The notes under the pieces: model-generated
Database searches by the model: none
Seen by the model: only the letters and a program-made list of their open reading frames with translations
Told to the model about the DNA's origin: nothing
Program-made: the position numbers and the translations under genes
Source of the DNA: Eledone cirrhosa
Taxonomy: Eukaryota
Reading direction: 5' to 3'
DNA length: 64,000 nt
NCBI GenBank assembly: GCA_964016885.1
Contig: OZ024740.1
Coordinates: 273,358,001-273,422,000, forward strand
In this document: one piece after another, positions 13,401 to 27,437 of the stretch
Layout: each line of letters starts with the position of its first letter
How positions within the stretch are numbered: the first letter of the stretch is position 1

Positions 13401-13660
13401 TCAGTTTACATGGCAACAAAAGAAGATGAATGACGATGTCATTCTACTGACATGACTTTAAAGAGGCGTTTTGCATAATTGCAAATGAACCGAATCTAAA
13501 CTATAATAAAGTAAGGAGTGCGGGTCAGCGTACGGTTTATTGCTTTTAATCCAGTTAGTAAAATAAGTTGGATTACTTTGATAAATAATGAATGAATATT
13601 ATATAATTTATCTATTAGGGGCGGTGAACTGGCATGAATATTATATAATTTATCTACTAA

Positions 13661-13848
13661 GGGCGGTGAACTGGCAGGATTGGTAGAGGGTCGGACGCCA
13701 TGCTTTGACGCATAGAGTTACGGCCCTTGCCATTCTGAGTTCAAATCGCGCCGAGGTTAACTTTGCCTTTCATCCTTACGAGGTCGATAAAATAAAGTAC
13801 CAGTAATGTACTGAGTAATTGCTGGCCTTGTGCCAATAGTAGACAATT
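13661..13848 (+). mobile_element. SINE family A with 20-bp TSD and duplicated 5' stub
   Basis: Full consensus. TTATATAATTTATCTA(C/T)TA occurs three times, with an extra 5' stub at ~13618-13634. Confidence 0.9.
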
Positions 13849-14181
13849 ATATAATTTATCTACTAAATTTCGTAGCTGTTGATTAAATATATGTTATAGC
13901 TTATTTAAATATTCACTTCTTTAAAATTTTCAAATGTCATATATTTCCGTCACTAATTTCTTCCTAATGCAGTTTATATATAATATCGTCTTTTTTTAAT
14001 GTATCATGGCTTATGTTACTGATTACATAAGAGAGTGTAACGCAGTCTTCGTTCTAATTCTGTGTGTATTGTCAATTACGATTTTATTTGATGTATCATA
14101 TCTACATGCATATATACTTGCATATAATATCAATATGCACACTACAGATATTTTCTGCTAGTATTATTAATATTCGAAAAA

Positions 14182-14370
14182 GGGCGGTGGATTGGCAGTA
14201 TTGGTAGAGAGTCGGACGCCATGCTTTGACGCATAGAGTTACGGCCCTTGCTATTCTGAGTTCAAATCCCGCCGAGGTTAACTTTGCCTTTCATCCTTAC
14301 GGGGTCGATAAAATAAAGTACCAGTAATACACTGGGTAATTGCTGGCCTTGTGCCTAACGTAGAAACAAT
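14182..14370 (+). mobile_element. SINE family A, full length
   Basis: Full consensus; TSD ATTATTAATATTCGAAAA. Confidence 0.92.
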
Positions 14371-14436
14371 TATTAATATTCGAAAAACTCAGATTACATT
14401 TATTGTATTCAGCCATGTAGAGCGATACATTATTTG

Positions 14437-14504
<68 letters not shown>

Positions 14505-14658
14505 ATATTTGAGGAGGGTCATTTTGTTATAATATTGCCAGAAATATATAACAACATACACTCACTGTTTGGTTTGGGTTGGTTTTCGCTTCCGTATATT
14601 TTATAATCCCATAGTTTATTTAGCTGGCAATCAACGTTTATTATTGATTGACCAACAG

Positions 14659-14842
14659 GGTGGTGGATTGGCAGTATCGGTAGAGGGTCGGATGCCATGC
14701 TTTCCAGCATAGTTACGTCCCTTTACGATCTGAGTTCAAATCCCGCCGAGGTTGACTTTGCCTTTCATCCTTACGGGGTCGATAAAATAAAGTACCAGTA
14801 ATGCACTGGGTAATTGCTGGCCTTGTGCCTAAAGTAGAAACA
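14659..14842 (+). mobile_element. SINE family A, full length
   Basis: Full consensus; TSD ATTATTGATTGACCAACAG (14640-14658 and 14843-14861). Confidence 0.92.
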
Positions 14843-14896
14843 ATTATTGATTGACCAACAGTTAAAAACATAGATATCAAAAACCTTGCAAAACCG

Positions 14897-14935
<39 letters not shown>

Positions 14936-14950
14936 GACACACACACACAT

Positions 14951-14981
<31 letters not shown>

Positions 14982-15262
14982 TCCTTGTGCGTTAAAAAAT
15001 ATTCAATATATTTTTCTGTGTGTATCTATATGGCAATTACAGAAATTGCTAGATACATTGGAGAATGGTTATATTAGTATAATGCAAATTACATGTAGAA
15101 TATATAACCAAAGACACACTCGGTAACACAAATATTAATATTAAATAAATACCAATATTTAAAGATCCGGTGTGTATGACTGCTCGACAATCAGTATCAT
15201 CGTTTCTTCAACGAGACGACTGCATAGTCAATCAAAACACATTTTATGTTGGGTAATATATA

Positions 15263-15393
15263 CCGTATTTCCCGGCATCGAAGACACTACGTTTTACCTA
15301 AAATAAGTCTCAAAAATCTACCATGCGTCCAGGATGCTGTAGGGTGTTTATTACGTTTTTTGAAATTTGGCGTCCTGGCGCCGGGAAATACGG
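15263..15393. mobile_element. Tc1/pogo-type MITE
   Basis: TIRs CCGTATTTCCCGGC...GCCGGGAAATACGG with TA on both sides. Confidence 0.85.
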
Positions 15394-16509
15394 TATATAT
15401 ATATATATATATATAATGTATTAGTTGTTCTCATATTATACAGGTTTAATTAGAGTGTTGTGAAATAAAGTACCTTGCCCAAGAACACAACGTATCGCTT
15501 GGTCCGGGAATGGAACACAACCTCACGATTGTGAATCCACCTCTCTCATCACTAAACCAAGCACCGCCATTCAGCTATAGAAATTCGTTGCGCCGTCAAG
15601 CTGGACAACATCGAAGATCTGGAGATATTGGACCACTGGTCTTCTACAAAACCAACTATCCTGGACTTGTACCTCGGAGTGGAAATTTCTAGTCTAGGTG
15701 CATATTCATGGTCATTAGTGACCTGTACAAGTTGTAAGAATTATCAGATTTTAATCTTTATAAGTTTAACAGAGCTTGATAATGTAATTAGATGCAATGC
15801 AACCTCCTCTTATTTAGGTTTGAAATATCATTCTTTGAATTTTCCTTTCACCCACATTGTCAACCGTGTTTACATACGATGCATAAGTTCAAATTGCTAG
15901 TGATCACCATAATGATGTATATGCAAATTTCTTGCTTTGTAACGAAATCGGTTCTAGATGACTTCTCACATAAAACACCTACGTATATGGGATAATAGGC
16001 AACAATTGGAATTGTAGGTAAAAAATGTAAAAGCTAGATACATTCATTGACAAAATATAACTCTGAATTTGAACTCAAGAACTATAGGACTGTACTATGA
16101 ATGCATTAGCCATTTCACTGAGCTATTTTCTTTTAAAATATGGATACTTACAGCGAACCTACGTTTCCTTTATATTGACTGACTGTCTCCTAAAAATTTG
16201 TAGTGGGTAGGTTGGCAAAAGAGCAAAGCGAAAATATCATGAAATAGAGAAAGAAATATACATATAAGAAAGCAAAGCAATAGAAAAAAGTAGCCTGTAA
16301 AGACAAAGGTATTGGTTAGTTCTACAGAAATAGGAATGGTAAAATGAAGTGTCGATTATTAAGTGCATTGTTCAATTATTTGGAACTTTCTATAGAGATG
16401 AAAGAAGCTAAATCATTTTGAACAATATTTCCGAGATTCCTATACTTCTCGGAATTATAGGAGTTAAAAATAGAGAACTGAATATACGTTTGCGTATATT
16501 TATGCATGC

Positions 16510-16540
<31 letters not shown>

Positions 16541-17244
16541 AAAATAGGTGTATGTTTGTGTGGGAATGCGTGTGTACATATGAGCATGATATTCTGTTTG
16601 TAAGAAAATATGCATGCATATACATATTATGTGTACATATACATATATACGCGTGTCTGTGTGTACGCTCGCCTTTGAGTGTGTTCGTCGTTGTAGCTGT
16701 ATGCATACAACTGGGCAACATGCATGCGTTCACAAATCCGATATGATTGTGTCATCATTAGTCATTCATGCATACAGTCATATGTACAAACACACATACA
16801 CAGACATACCTATATATATATATATATGGCTTTATTTCCACAAAATACGTGATGTTGAACTGTGTACTGGAAAAATATTTCTGAATATTGGAAGAATCGT
16901 ACTAACTATACAAATATACACACAGGTCATTACTACTGGAAAAGACAAACCTCTGTGCAAATATTAAATAGAAGTTATGAAGGACGTTTCCCAGAATGGT
17001 TGTAAAGAAGAGGACAGCGACTAGCGCATGGGATTTGATTGCCTTATTGCCTCTTTGAAATTACACGTTTCATTCTCCTCTAATTCTCATCTATTCTTCT
17101 CTTCTTAATGTTATATCTTATCCTGTATTTTGATGAAGGACTTACAACTGAAATTTTTAAAACTATAACAAGCATTGTTTGTATTTTATCGCTCTCTTGT
17201 TTTGTATTTTTCTAGTTGACTACATACACACACACACGCGTGCG

Positions 17245-17350
17245 ACCTGGAGTTCAGCCGTCGTGGTCCTGAATCTTTTCATATTACACAGTCTATTACC
17301 CCAAGTATCGAGTACTCTGGTGGGTTATGGTCTAGTTGATTTTTACTATA
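17245..17350 (+). mobile_element. Diverged single-arm copy of the 'GACGGC' cassette family
   Basis: CAGCCGTCGTGGTCC..CCAAGTATCGAGTACTCTGGTGGGTTATGGTC ending in (TA)n; homologous to the 29072 and 58268 copies. Confidence 0.7.
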
Positions 17351-17520
17351 TATATATATATATATTCGTTTTGGTATTCGTCTTGTAAGATTCTCGATAT
17401 GAAATTGTGCGCAAATCCCATATTGCTACACTTTCAGAAGGTTATGCTGCTAATAATAACTCATTCACCAGTTTCACTTCAGTTACATTACTAGATAGTT
17501 ATCGGACTAATATTTATTTT

Positions 17521-17708
17521 GGAGGATTGGCAGTATCGGTAGAGAGTCGGACGCCATGTTTTCCAGCATAGTTACGTCCCTTTACGGTCTGAGTTCAAAT
17601 CCTGCCGAGGTTAACTTTGCCTTTCATCCTTACGGGGTCGATAAAATAAAAATACCAGTAATGTACTGAGTAATTTGCTGGCCTTGTACCAAAAGTAGAA
17701 ACAAATAA
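17521..17708 (+). mobile_element. SINE family A
   Basis: Matches the family A consensus. Confidence 0.9.
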
Positions 17709-18775
17709 TTCTAACATTTGAAACATTAACTGACTGATAAAGATAACGAAGTGATACACGTGTGTTGCTTGCTTTTTTTATGGACAGCATAAAAAAAAAA
17801 GCATACAAACACATTCATACACACAATCACACACGCACACACATATATATATATATACGTGTGTGTGCGTGTGGTACGCATGGATGTTTGTATATGAATA
17901 TCAAGCCTCTAAGGTATTTTGTCTCTATCCACTGTTGTGCACATACATAGTCATATAGATAAAAATATATATATAAATATTTGAATAACGAGTAAAAAAA
18001 ATAACCAGGCACATTAGTACACTTTTGCCCTTAATCCCTTCCATTCCTCTGGTCTAGGTCAAGCTTCCTCTTTCTGTTTCGACATCTCTAGCCGCAGGAT
18101 ATTGTTTGTTTATTTACACCTCCCATCCTTCTAAGCCGAATGTCTACAATATTGGTTTCTGGTGGTTTGGTGAGTGGAAAGTCGATCAGATCGAGGCCAG
18201 TGCGATACTGCTAATTTATATTAGCAGCTCCGGGAGAATGATATGCAAAGCAAACCTCGGTGAGATTTGAAATCAGAATGTAACGATATGTAGCTATATG
18301 TCGCGAAGAATGTGGTCTGACATTCTACCGAATCTCTCAACCTGCCAGCCACTCTTAAATAGTACCTTACGTTTTTTGCGCCCTCAGACATTATCGTTTG
18401 TATTTTTCCAGTGACCTCTATACTGTTTTGTATCAATTGTAAACTATTTTGATTATTAACTCGTATTTTCTGTATTAACTGTATTAGCTATCAAATCATA
18501 AAACCTTACTATATGCATTTTCCGGATTGGTGGCAGTCGCGTTGTTGTTAAACAGCCCCTTATAAATCATTCCCAGTCGTTTGATTATTCACGGCTTTTG
18601 ACACAGTAGGTATAAATCCATTCTTCAGGGTCCGAATTCATGATGATACATATCCAGGTGCCACTGGCAAGAAAATATTCATGTGTCTTGTTTGTTTTGT
18701 TCAGTGGTATCTGTTTTTCACTTTCATTTGCCTCATAGTGCAATTTTTCACACACAGACAACCATACATACAAAC

Positions 18776-18817
<42 letters not shown>

Positions 18818-18938
18818 CTTATTCATGGTTATTTATATATAATATATATATTATTTATTCATGTTCATACACAGAACAAAAGCGCTACCAGACACTCAGA
18901 ATGTAAGGGAAGTCAAATAGTGACCTGTCTTCAGGCGC

Positions 18939-18972
<34 letters not shown>

Positions 18973-19101
18973 GTGTGTGCCTGTGTATGTGTGTGTATGT
19001 GTAAGTGTGTGTGTGTGTGTCTGTGCGTGTGAGTAAAAAAAGCAACCAAGAGTACAACAGAGAAATACAATAGTTTAACACTTGGTATAGAAGAAGAAAG
19101 G

Positions 19102-19138
19102 CTTTTAGCTTTCGGACATTTGTCCTTCATCAGAAGAT
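19102..19138 (-). ncRNA. Type I hammerhead ribozyme motif
   Basis: Minus strand: UCUU-CUGAUGA-aGGAC AAAU GUCC-GAAA-GC-UA-AAAG; minimal palindromic stem III (AGCU). Confidence 0.75.
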
Positions 19139-19291
19139 AGAAAGAGAAGTAAAATATGAAAGAGATAGAAAGAGATTGAGAAGAGAAAAGATCGGAAAAT
19201 ATTATTTGAGAAAAGCAAGTGTGTATTCAGATATATAAGTGTTTTTGGAAACAATTGCATGATGCAACACATCCATTCACACATATCAAAC

Positions 19292-19322
<31 letters not shown>

Positions 19323-19484
19323 AAGGAATTGTGGTAAGGAACCAAATGGACCATAATGCACCAGAGTACTCAATACTTAAGGTAGTAGAGTGGGGTCATA
19401 CTTTTTCCTATATATATATATATATATAGGGAGAGACAGAGTGAGAGAGTTAAGTTTGAGTGTGTATGTGTGTGAAGAGAGAGT

Positions 19485-19592
<108 letters not shown>

Positions 19593-19631
19593 AGACAGAG
19601 AGGAGCTATATACATCCGATTCTTTCTTTTA

Positions 19632-19817
19632 TCAATAATTGTTTCTACTTTAGGCACAAGGCTAGCAATTATCCCAGTGCATTACTGGTACTTTATTTTA
19701 TCGACCCTGTGAGGATGAAAGGCAAAGTTAACCTCGGCGGGATTTGAATTCAGAATGGCAAGGGCCATAACTCTATGCGTCAAAGCATGGCGTCCGACCC
19801 TCTACCGATACTGCCAA
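19632..19817 (-). mobile_element. SINE family A
   Basis: Reverse-complement match to the consensus. Confidence 0.9.
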
Positions 19818-20068
19818 AATGAATATGTTTATTGCTAATTACTACGTATTTTTCTATTTGAATTCATATTACAAACTTTAATTAATTAATATATATATAA
19901 ATATGTATATAATATATATTCATACACATACGCATATGTATACTACTTATTACTGAGCGGTTTTCCTGAGGCATGAATTTTCTGATGAATATAGGTCATG
20001 TGATTATTTTAATTAGATATCTCAATATTTAATTCTCCTAAATAAATAAATAAATAAATAAATAAATA

Positions 20069-20104
<36 letters not shown>

Positions 20105-20192
20105 TGTATGTACGAATGTACGTATGTATGTATGTAAATATAGGTAAACATATGCATACATGCCTACAGACATAAATACATACATATAAGCA

Positions 20193-20264
<72 letters not shown>

Positions 20265-20805
20265 TATACGCAAATTTCCATATGCACAAACTTCTAATAC
20301 GTAAGTCGATGACGCATAAAGGTGTTGAGGTTAACATTAAAAACGATATAAAGATTGACACAAGCATTAGAATATTTTTCCATATCACTCCAGAGTTTAA
20401 AAAAACTGGGAGGGCTTCAACCAAAAGGAGTCAGAAGTCTTTGGATAGGATTGGATTGGATATACCATTTACTTAGGTCTAAGGAAATTAAGCTTCAAAC
20501 GAAATTTTAATTATATGTACAACTAATCTTCTTCCAGCCAAGTGTACTGGTGCATCAGGGTATAAAGTGTCCTGCAAAAGGGCACAACATTTCACTGGAA
20601 ATTGAATTCCTGACCTTACTTATAGTCATGAGACGAATACTTTAAGCACTAAGTCCTGCATCTTCACAACTAGATACTCTCACAACTAAAGACACCTACA
20701 CCCACACACGCGTACACACGACTATATATATGTATATGTATGTGTGTGTACAAGTATAAAAGGGAGAATAACTAGCCCAATTTCTTTTTTCTTTATATAC
20801 GTATG

Positions 20806-20866
<61 letters not shown>

Positions 20867-21503
20867 GTGTGTGTGTGTTTATGTGTATGTGTCAATTTTT
20901 TTAATATATATATGTATAGATACATACCTGTATTGATTTAGGCCCTGACTGAATGTGACTCATATTTCCTCATATTTTCTGAAGCCAAATCCTCTTTCTG
21001 AAGCCAGCCCATATCTTACACCTTACAGGTATGGTACTTCGATCTGAGTTTTGTTGTACTTCTATTCTGACAAGTATATTGCTTCTGATTACATAAACAA
21101 CTGTTAGGGCATTTTTTTATATGCTATGCTGGTAAAAAGTTTCCATTGATTGCACCACTCACACACAAATACGCACATACATACATGATGACTGTCCTCT
21201 CGTTATCGAGTACGGCCATTGCACGATATAACATTATTAATAATTATCATGCAATGCCTGTGCGTGAAGAACTTTTTTAAACTGAGCCAATCCCACTCTC
21301 TGAGCGACAGTAGATATAACCCGATAAGAAGAAAAGATCAACATCATCGGTAACTAATAAGCCGCAGGTTTTATGTCGGAGTTACCTCAGTTTCCTGAGT
21401 TGTATTCTCCTAGAAGAATGCCCTGACAATGTCTAAGGGTCCTTCATACTTCTACGCACACACACACACATACACACACCTCTCTCTCTCTCTCTCTCTC
21501 TAA

Positions 21504-21536
<33 letters not shown>

Positions 21537-21673
21537 CTGGGTGCGAGGCATATTTGAAGACACTTTATTTTCGGTATACTATACTAAACATGTCCTAAAA
21601 TATCCCTCCAACCCTGTATATATATTTATATATATATTAATATATGCATGCATGCGGACATGTACAACCACAC

Positions 21674-21825
<152 letters not shown>

Positions 21826-22686
21826 TCATGCATAGCTAGACACTATATATCTACATATCAATGTAATGAAACGTCATTATGAAGCTGTTCTCTGAAATAT
21901 TATAGCAAGTTAGCTGAGTTAGTGCTCAGGGCTATAGTAAAAAAAATGGTTCTATTAATAAATAGAACCCTAATCAGTTTCACTTGTAATTTGTAAGAAA
22001 TTACTCCTAAGCTCTAAGTTTCATATAGAAGCTGAACTTACTTCTCTCCAAGGTAGGCTATTAGTTAGCCATATGCTGATATGGTTTATTAGTTGGTTAG
22101 CTAAGTAGATAACAAATAGATAAATTTATAGAAAAGATAGATAGATAGATAACTTTCTTTTTATTTGCCACCAGGGCGTCAAAGAGTGGGAGAAGTACAA
22201 TGGGGGGAGTTTACATAAAAAGGCGTCCTCTATAAGGATGAGGCAATAACAAAATATAAAAATATAAAACAGATAGATAGATACATAGACAGATCGATAG
22301 ATGGGGGGTGGGGGTGGGGCGGAAAGTGAGAGAAGAAAAATATAGTGATTGAGTGATTGATATAAATGTATATCGATGAATATTTAGATATGTAGGTACT
22401 TAGACGTTTAGATAGAAATATAGACAAATGGAAGGATGCAGATATACTGGGTTAGTTATATATATATAAAATAAGTAGAGAGAAATATATATGCACATAT
22501 AATTAGCACAAGAGTGAGAAAAAGAGCTAGATTTAGAATATATTGATAGATACATTGAAATACCTCCCTAACCATGTTTATATATAAATACACTTGGGCT
22601 GAAACACATATATATGCACATAGACACACACACACACACACGCACGCACACGCATACACACACGCACGCACACGCGCACACACACG

Positions 22687-22717
<31 letters not shown>

Positions 22718-22765
22718 GTGTGTATATATATGCACAACAATAAAAACTCACACACTCATATATAT

Positions 22766-22952
22766 ATAATTGTTTCTATTTTAGGCACAAGGCCAGCAAA
22801 TAACCAGTACATTACTGGTACTTTATTTTATCGACCCCGTAAGGATGAAAGGTAAAGTTAACCTCGGTCGGATTTGAACTCAGATCGTAAAGGGACGTAA
22901 CTATGCTGGAAAGCATGGCGTCCGACTCTCTACCGATACTGTCAATTCACCG
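22766..22952 (-). mobile_element. SINE family A
   Basis: Reverse-complement match to the consensus. Confidence 0.9.
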
Positions 22953-23263
22953 AATAATAATAGTAATAATCGAAAGATATATTACTTTATTTCATTGTAT
23001 ATATTTCGAAGATGTAAAGTTTTATGTATAACATAAAGCAAAACATGTCCTCCTCACATAAAATACATAGAAAATGTATAATGTTTTCATGATTGGTTGT
23101 AGAGAAACGAGCTGGACAGATCGGTGTCCACGAAGCGTTGTTATTTTTTTAATATATATATGAAAAGATTCAGGAGCCCGGTGGGTGAGTTCCGGCCGTT
23201 TAGACAGCAGATCCGCATTTTCTGGTGCGTTATCGTCCACCTGGTATCTTTCCACACCCTCTT

Positions 23264-23326
<63 letters not shown>

Positions 23327-23691
23327 AATATGATAATAATGGAGCTGCGGCGCTGCAAATGGGTTACATATGAAAAAGTTTGTCCTCATCAGTGGCCTTC
23401 CAACCGTCGTAGGCATTTCGTCGCATTAAAGGCCATATACCTCAGGTTGGTGCGAGCAACGGCTAAAAAAAGTCGTTGGGACACGTAAATAAAGGGGACG
23501 CTAGGGTAAACAAACAAAATGGTTTAAGCAACAGAAAGTGATGAAGAAGAAAGAAACAAGTCCCAGATTTCTATGAATTCGTTCACGATTCCACCGAATT
23601 TATATTCATAGAAATCTGGGACTTGTTTCTTTTTTAGTCCAGAATTAGCCGTCGAAACGGCTTGAGCTCAGCCGTCGGGGTCCTACTCGTT

Positions 23692-23775
<84 letters not shown>

Positions 23776-23976
23776 TATGTATGTATACATACATATATGT
23801 ATACAGACGTACAGTAGTATGTATATATATATACATACATGCACACATATATATATGTACGTATGGATTCACCGAACATTTATTATAATGCTCGGTGTTT
23901 TTGTAAACAAACATCCCGTATTAAGCCGTAGTGTCTAGCAACCATCGTTGCTCGTTTGTTCAACACTGACAAAGGA

Positions 23977-24019
23977 ACGCTGTACTAGTTTCAAGCTTAT
24001 TAGCTATCGTCAGCAACGT
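23977..24019 (-). ncRNA. Type I hammerhead ribozyme (left arm)
   Basis: Reverse complement of 24164-24206. Confidence 0.85.
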
Positions 24020-24163
24020 ATACCTTCCTGCCAGATGATTGAACGTCTGAAATTATATACTTTTCTTATGCATATTAACGGCTGGAAATTGGGCTACTCA
24101 CCCGTTAATATGCATAAGGAAAGTATATACTTTCAGACGTTCAATCATCTGGCAGGAAGGTAT

Positions 24164-24206
24164 ACGTTGCTGACGATAGCTAATAAGCTTGAAACTAGTA
24201 CAGCGT
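24164..24206 (+). ncRNA. Type I hammerhead ribozyme (right arm)
   Basis: ACGUUG-CUGACGA-UAGCU AAUA AGCUU-GAAA-CUAG-UA-CAGCGU: intact core, 6-bp stem I, palindromic stem III, GUA cleavage triplet. Confidence 0.88.
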
Positions 24207-24462
24207 TCCTTTGTCAGTGTTGAACAAACGAGCAACGATGGTTGCTAGACACTACGGCTTAATACGGGATGTTTGTTTACAATAATAATAAATAATAATA
24301 AATGTTCGGTGAATCCATACGTACATATATATGTGTGCATGTATGTATATATATATACATACTACTGTACGTCTGTATACATATATGTATGTACGTATAC
24401 ATACTTATATTTAAGTAACAGCCGTACTAAGAGTGGGAAAGGAAATTTCGTTTCATTTTTTC

Positions 24463-24545
<83 letters not shown>

Positions 24546-24742
24546 TAAACAAATAATGAATAAACAATTCCTTATATTAAACAAAAAAAGTTCATTATTT
24601 AACGATCGTTTCTAGGATATATATGTGTTAGAGTTGGCATGCATATTCAACAGATCTATGTACAAAATTATACAAAATTATACAAACTATCAAGATTAAA
24701 TATACATACCAACACATATATACGCCGTCTTCAGAAATAAAC

Positions 24743-24837
<95 letters not shown>

Positions 24838-25269
24838 GTATGCATATCTCTGACAAATAACGCACCACCATATCAAAAACTACGATAACACATTAGGTAA
24901 TACGTTCTCGACAGACTGTATATGAAAACAAAGAACCCGAATAGGATAGTCTTGGCTGGACTGCTTTTGATTATAGATTTCCTTAGATCAAACTGAACTT
25001 GGGTTAAGCAACATCAGAAAATACTTATTACCACTTCAAAGAGTTAACACCGCAAACTGAACGTAATTCCCAGATATGCATGGAATAGCAGCCAAATTTC
25101 CTTCAACACTTTCTGACCATGTTAATGCCCATCATAACCAAAACTACATTGAACAAAATGTTCTATTATACACACTGCCTGAATAAAAGATTGGACCGGC
25201 TTCATTGGAACGCTTTACATCATAAAACAACTTAATCAAAAATGATCCTGAACTATACAACTAATAGAA

Positions 25270-25560
<291 letters not shown>

Positions 25561-25569
25561 AATAATAAT

Positions 25570-26725
25570 AATAATCGTTTCTACTTTTGGCACAAGGCCA
25601 GCAATTAACCAGTGCATTACTGGTACTTTGTTTTATCGACCCCCTAAGGATGAAAGGCAAAGTAAACATCAGCGGGATTTGAACTCAGAATGGCAAGGGC
25701 CGTAACTCTATGCGTCAAAGCATGGCGTCCGACCCTCTACCGATACTGAATAATAATAATAATGGTTTCTAATTTTGGAACGAGGCCATCAATTATTCCA
25801 GTTTATTACTGGTACTTTCTTCTATCGACCCCGTAAGGATGAAAGGCAAATTTAACCTCGGTGGGATTTGAACTCAGACCATAAAGGGACGTAAATCTCT
25901 GCTGCGAAGCAGGGTTTCGGACACTCTACCGATGCTGCCTGTCCGCAATAATAATTGTTTCTACTTTTGGCACAAGGCCAGCAATTATTCCAGTTTATTA
26001 CTGGTACTTTATTTTATTGACTCCGTAAGGATGAAAAGCAAATTTAACCCCGGCGGGATTTGAACTCAGACCATAAAAGGACGTAATTCTATGCTGCGAA
26101 GCAGGGTTTCCGACGCTCTACCGATTCTGCCAGTCCGCAATAATAATTGTTTGGATGAAAGGCACGTAGAAGTTCTCATAATGAAGTCCCTTTATTCAAA
26201 ACTGTCTACATTTGAGACAACAGGCCAGAATTTTAATGCTACATTAATTGTTTCTACATTTGGCACAAGTCAGTAATTATCCCAGTACATTACTGGTACT
26301 TTATTTTATCGGCCCCGTAAGAATGAAAGGCAAAGTTAACCTCGGCGGGATTTGCTACATTAATGTTAGATTATTCAGTGTAGCATTAACATTCTAACCT
26401 GTTGTCTCAAATGTTTTTTTTTATGAAACGAAAATTTAGTTCCATCATCCTTATTGTTATTAATAATTGTTTCTACTTTTGGCACAAGGCCAGCAATTAC
26501 CCAATGCATTACTGGTACTTTATTCTATCGACTCCGGAAGGATGAAAGGCAAAGTTAACCTCGGCGGGATTTGAACTCAGATCATACAGGGAGGTAACTC
26601 TATGTATGATCTGAGTTCAAATCCCGCCGAGGTTAACTTTGCCTTTCATTCTTACGGGGCCGATGAAATAATGTACCAGTAGTGTACTGGGTAATTGCTG
26701 GCCTTGGTGCCAAAAGTAGAAAACA
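25570..26725 (-). mobile_element. SINE family A cluster: 3 tandem copies, partial copies and one folded-back copy
   Basis: Minus copies at ~25570-25750, 25760-25945, 25950-26137, 26245-26354 and 26460-26604; plus copy at 26605-26725. Confidence 0.9.
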
Positions 26726-27187
26726 ATTAATGTAGCATTAAAATTCTGGCCTGTTGTCTCAAATGTAGACAGTTTTGAATAAAGGGACTTCATTATGAGA
26801 ACTTCTACGTGCCTTATTGTAATTAATAATATCATTATTATTATTTGCTTTGTATATGATGTTATTTGTCTTATAAGTAATTTTGTTAATTCCTTCCATA
26901 CTGTTTTGTTTTAACCAAAAGTGTAATTGTATAGCTTCACTCAGCCACACACAAAAACAAACGTTGATCTCTCTATCTCTCTCTCTCTATATATATATAT
27001 GTGTAAATATATATATATATATCTGTATATATATATATATATAAGGGTTAAAATACTGGAGCGTGTTGGAGTTAAACACCCTCTTCGTATTATAGAAATG
27101 ACAGTAAAAGGTATAGCTCAATGTAGTTAAACAGAGCCGAAAAATTAAGAGAGTAAAACAAAGAAGCCTTCAATACATCAAAAGTCT

Positions 27188-27237
27188 TTATTAGCCGACA
27201 ATGTTTCGTCCTATTAAGGACTCATCAGGGCAATTAA
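27188..27237 (-). ncRNA. Type I hammerhead ribozyme
   Basis: Minus strand: UUGCC-CUGAUGA-GUCCU UAAU AGGAC-GAAA-CAUUG-UC-GGCUAA; canonical core and GUC site, inside a ~230-bp cassette (27043-27268) flanked by (TA)n. Confidence 0.9.
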
Positions 27238-27263
27238 AACAACAAGAAGTAATATCGCCAGAT

Positions 27264-27317
<54 letters not shown>

Positions 27318-27399
27318 GAAGAAAATGTGGTAAGGAACCAGGTAGTCCAGAATTAGCCGTCGAAACGGCTTGAGCTCAGCCGTTGGGGTCCTACTCGTT

Positions 27400-27437
<38 letters not shown>

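Larger units (their letters stand above)
23775..24400. repeat. Long fold-back palindrome (~300-bp arms, ~20-bp spacer)
   Basis: 23900-24081 is the near-perfect reverse complement of 24102-24281; complementarity continues into TA-rich flanks. Confidence 0.95.

Noticed and set aside
14182-14275. tRNA gene
   Set aside because: A and B boxes are present, but there is no cloverleaf and the sequence continues into the SINE core and tail with a TSD.
24028-24062. HHR-like CAGAUGA..GAAA on the plus strand of the left arm
   Set aside because: The core is mismatched and the stems do not form; the convincing HHR is the adjacent CUGACGA motif.
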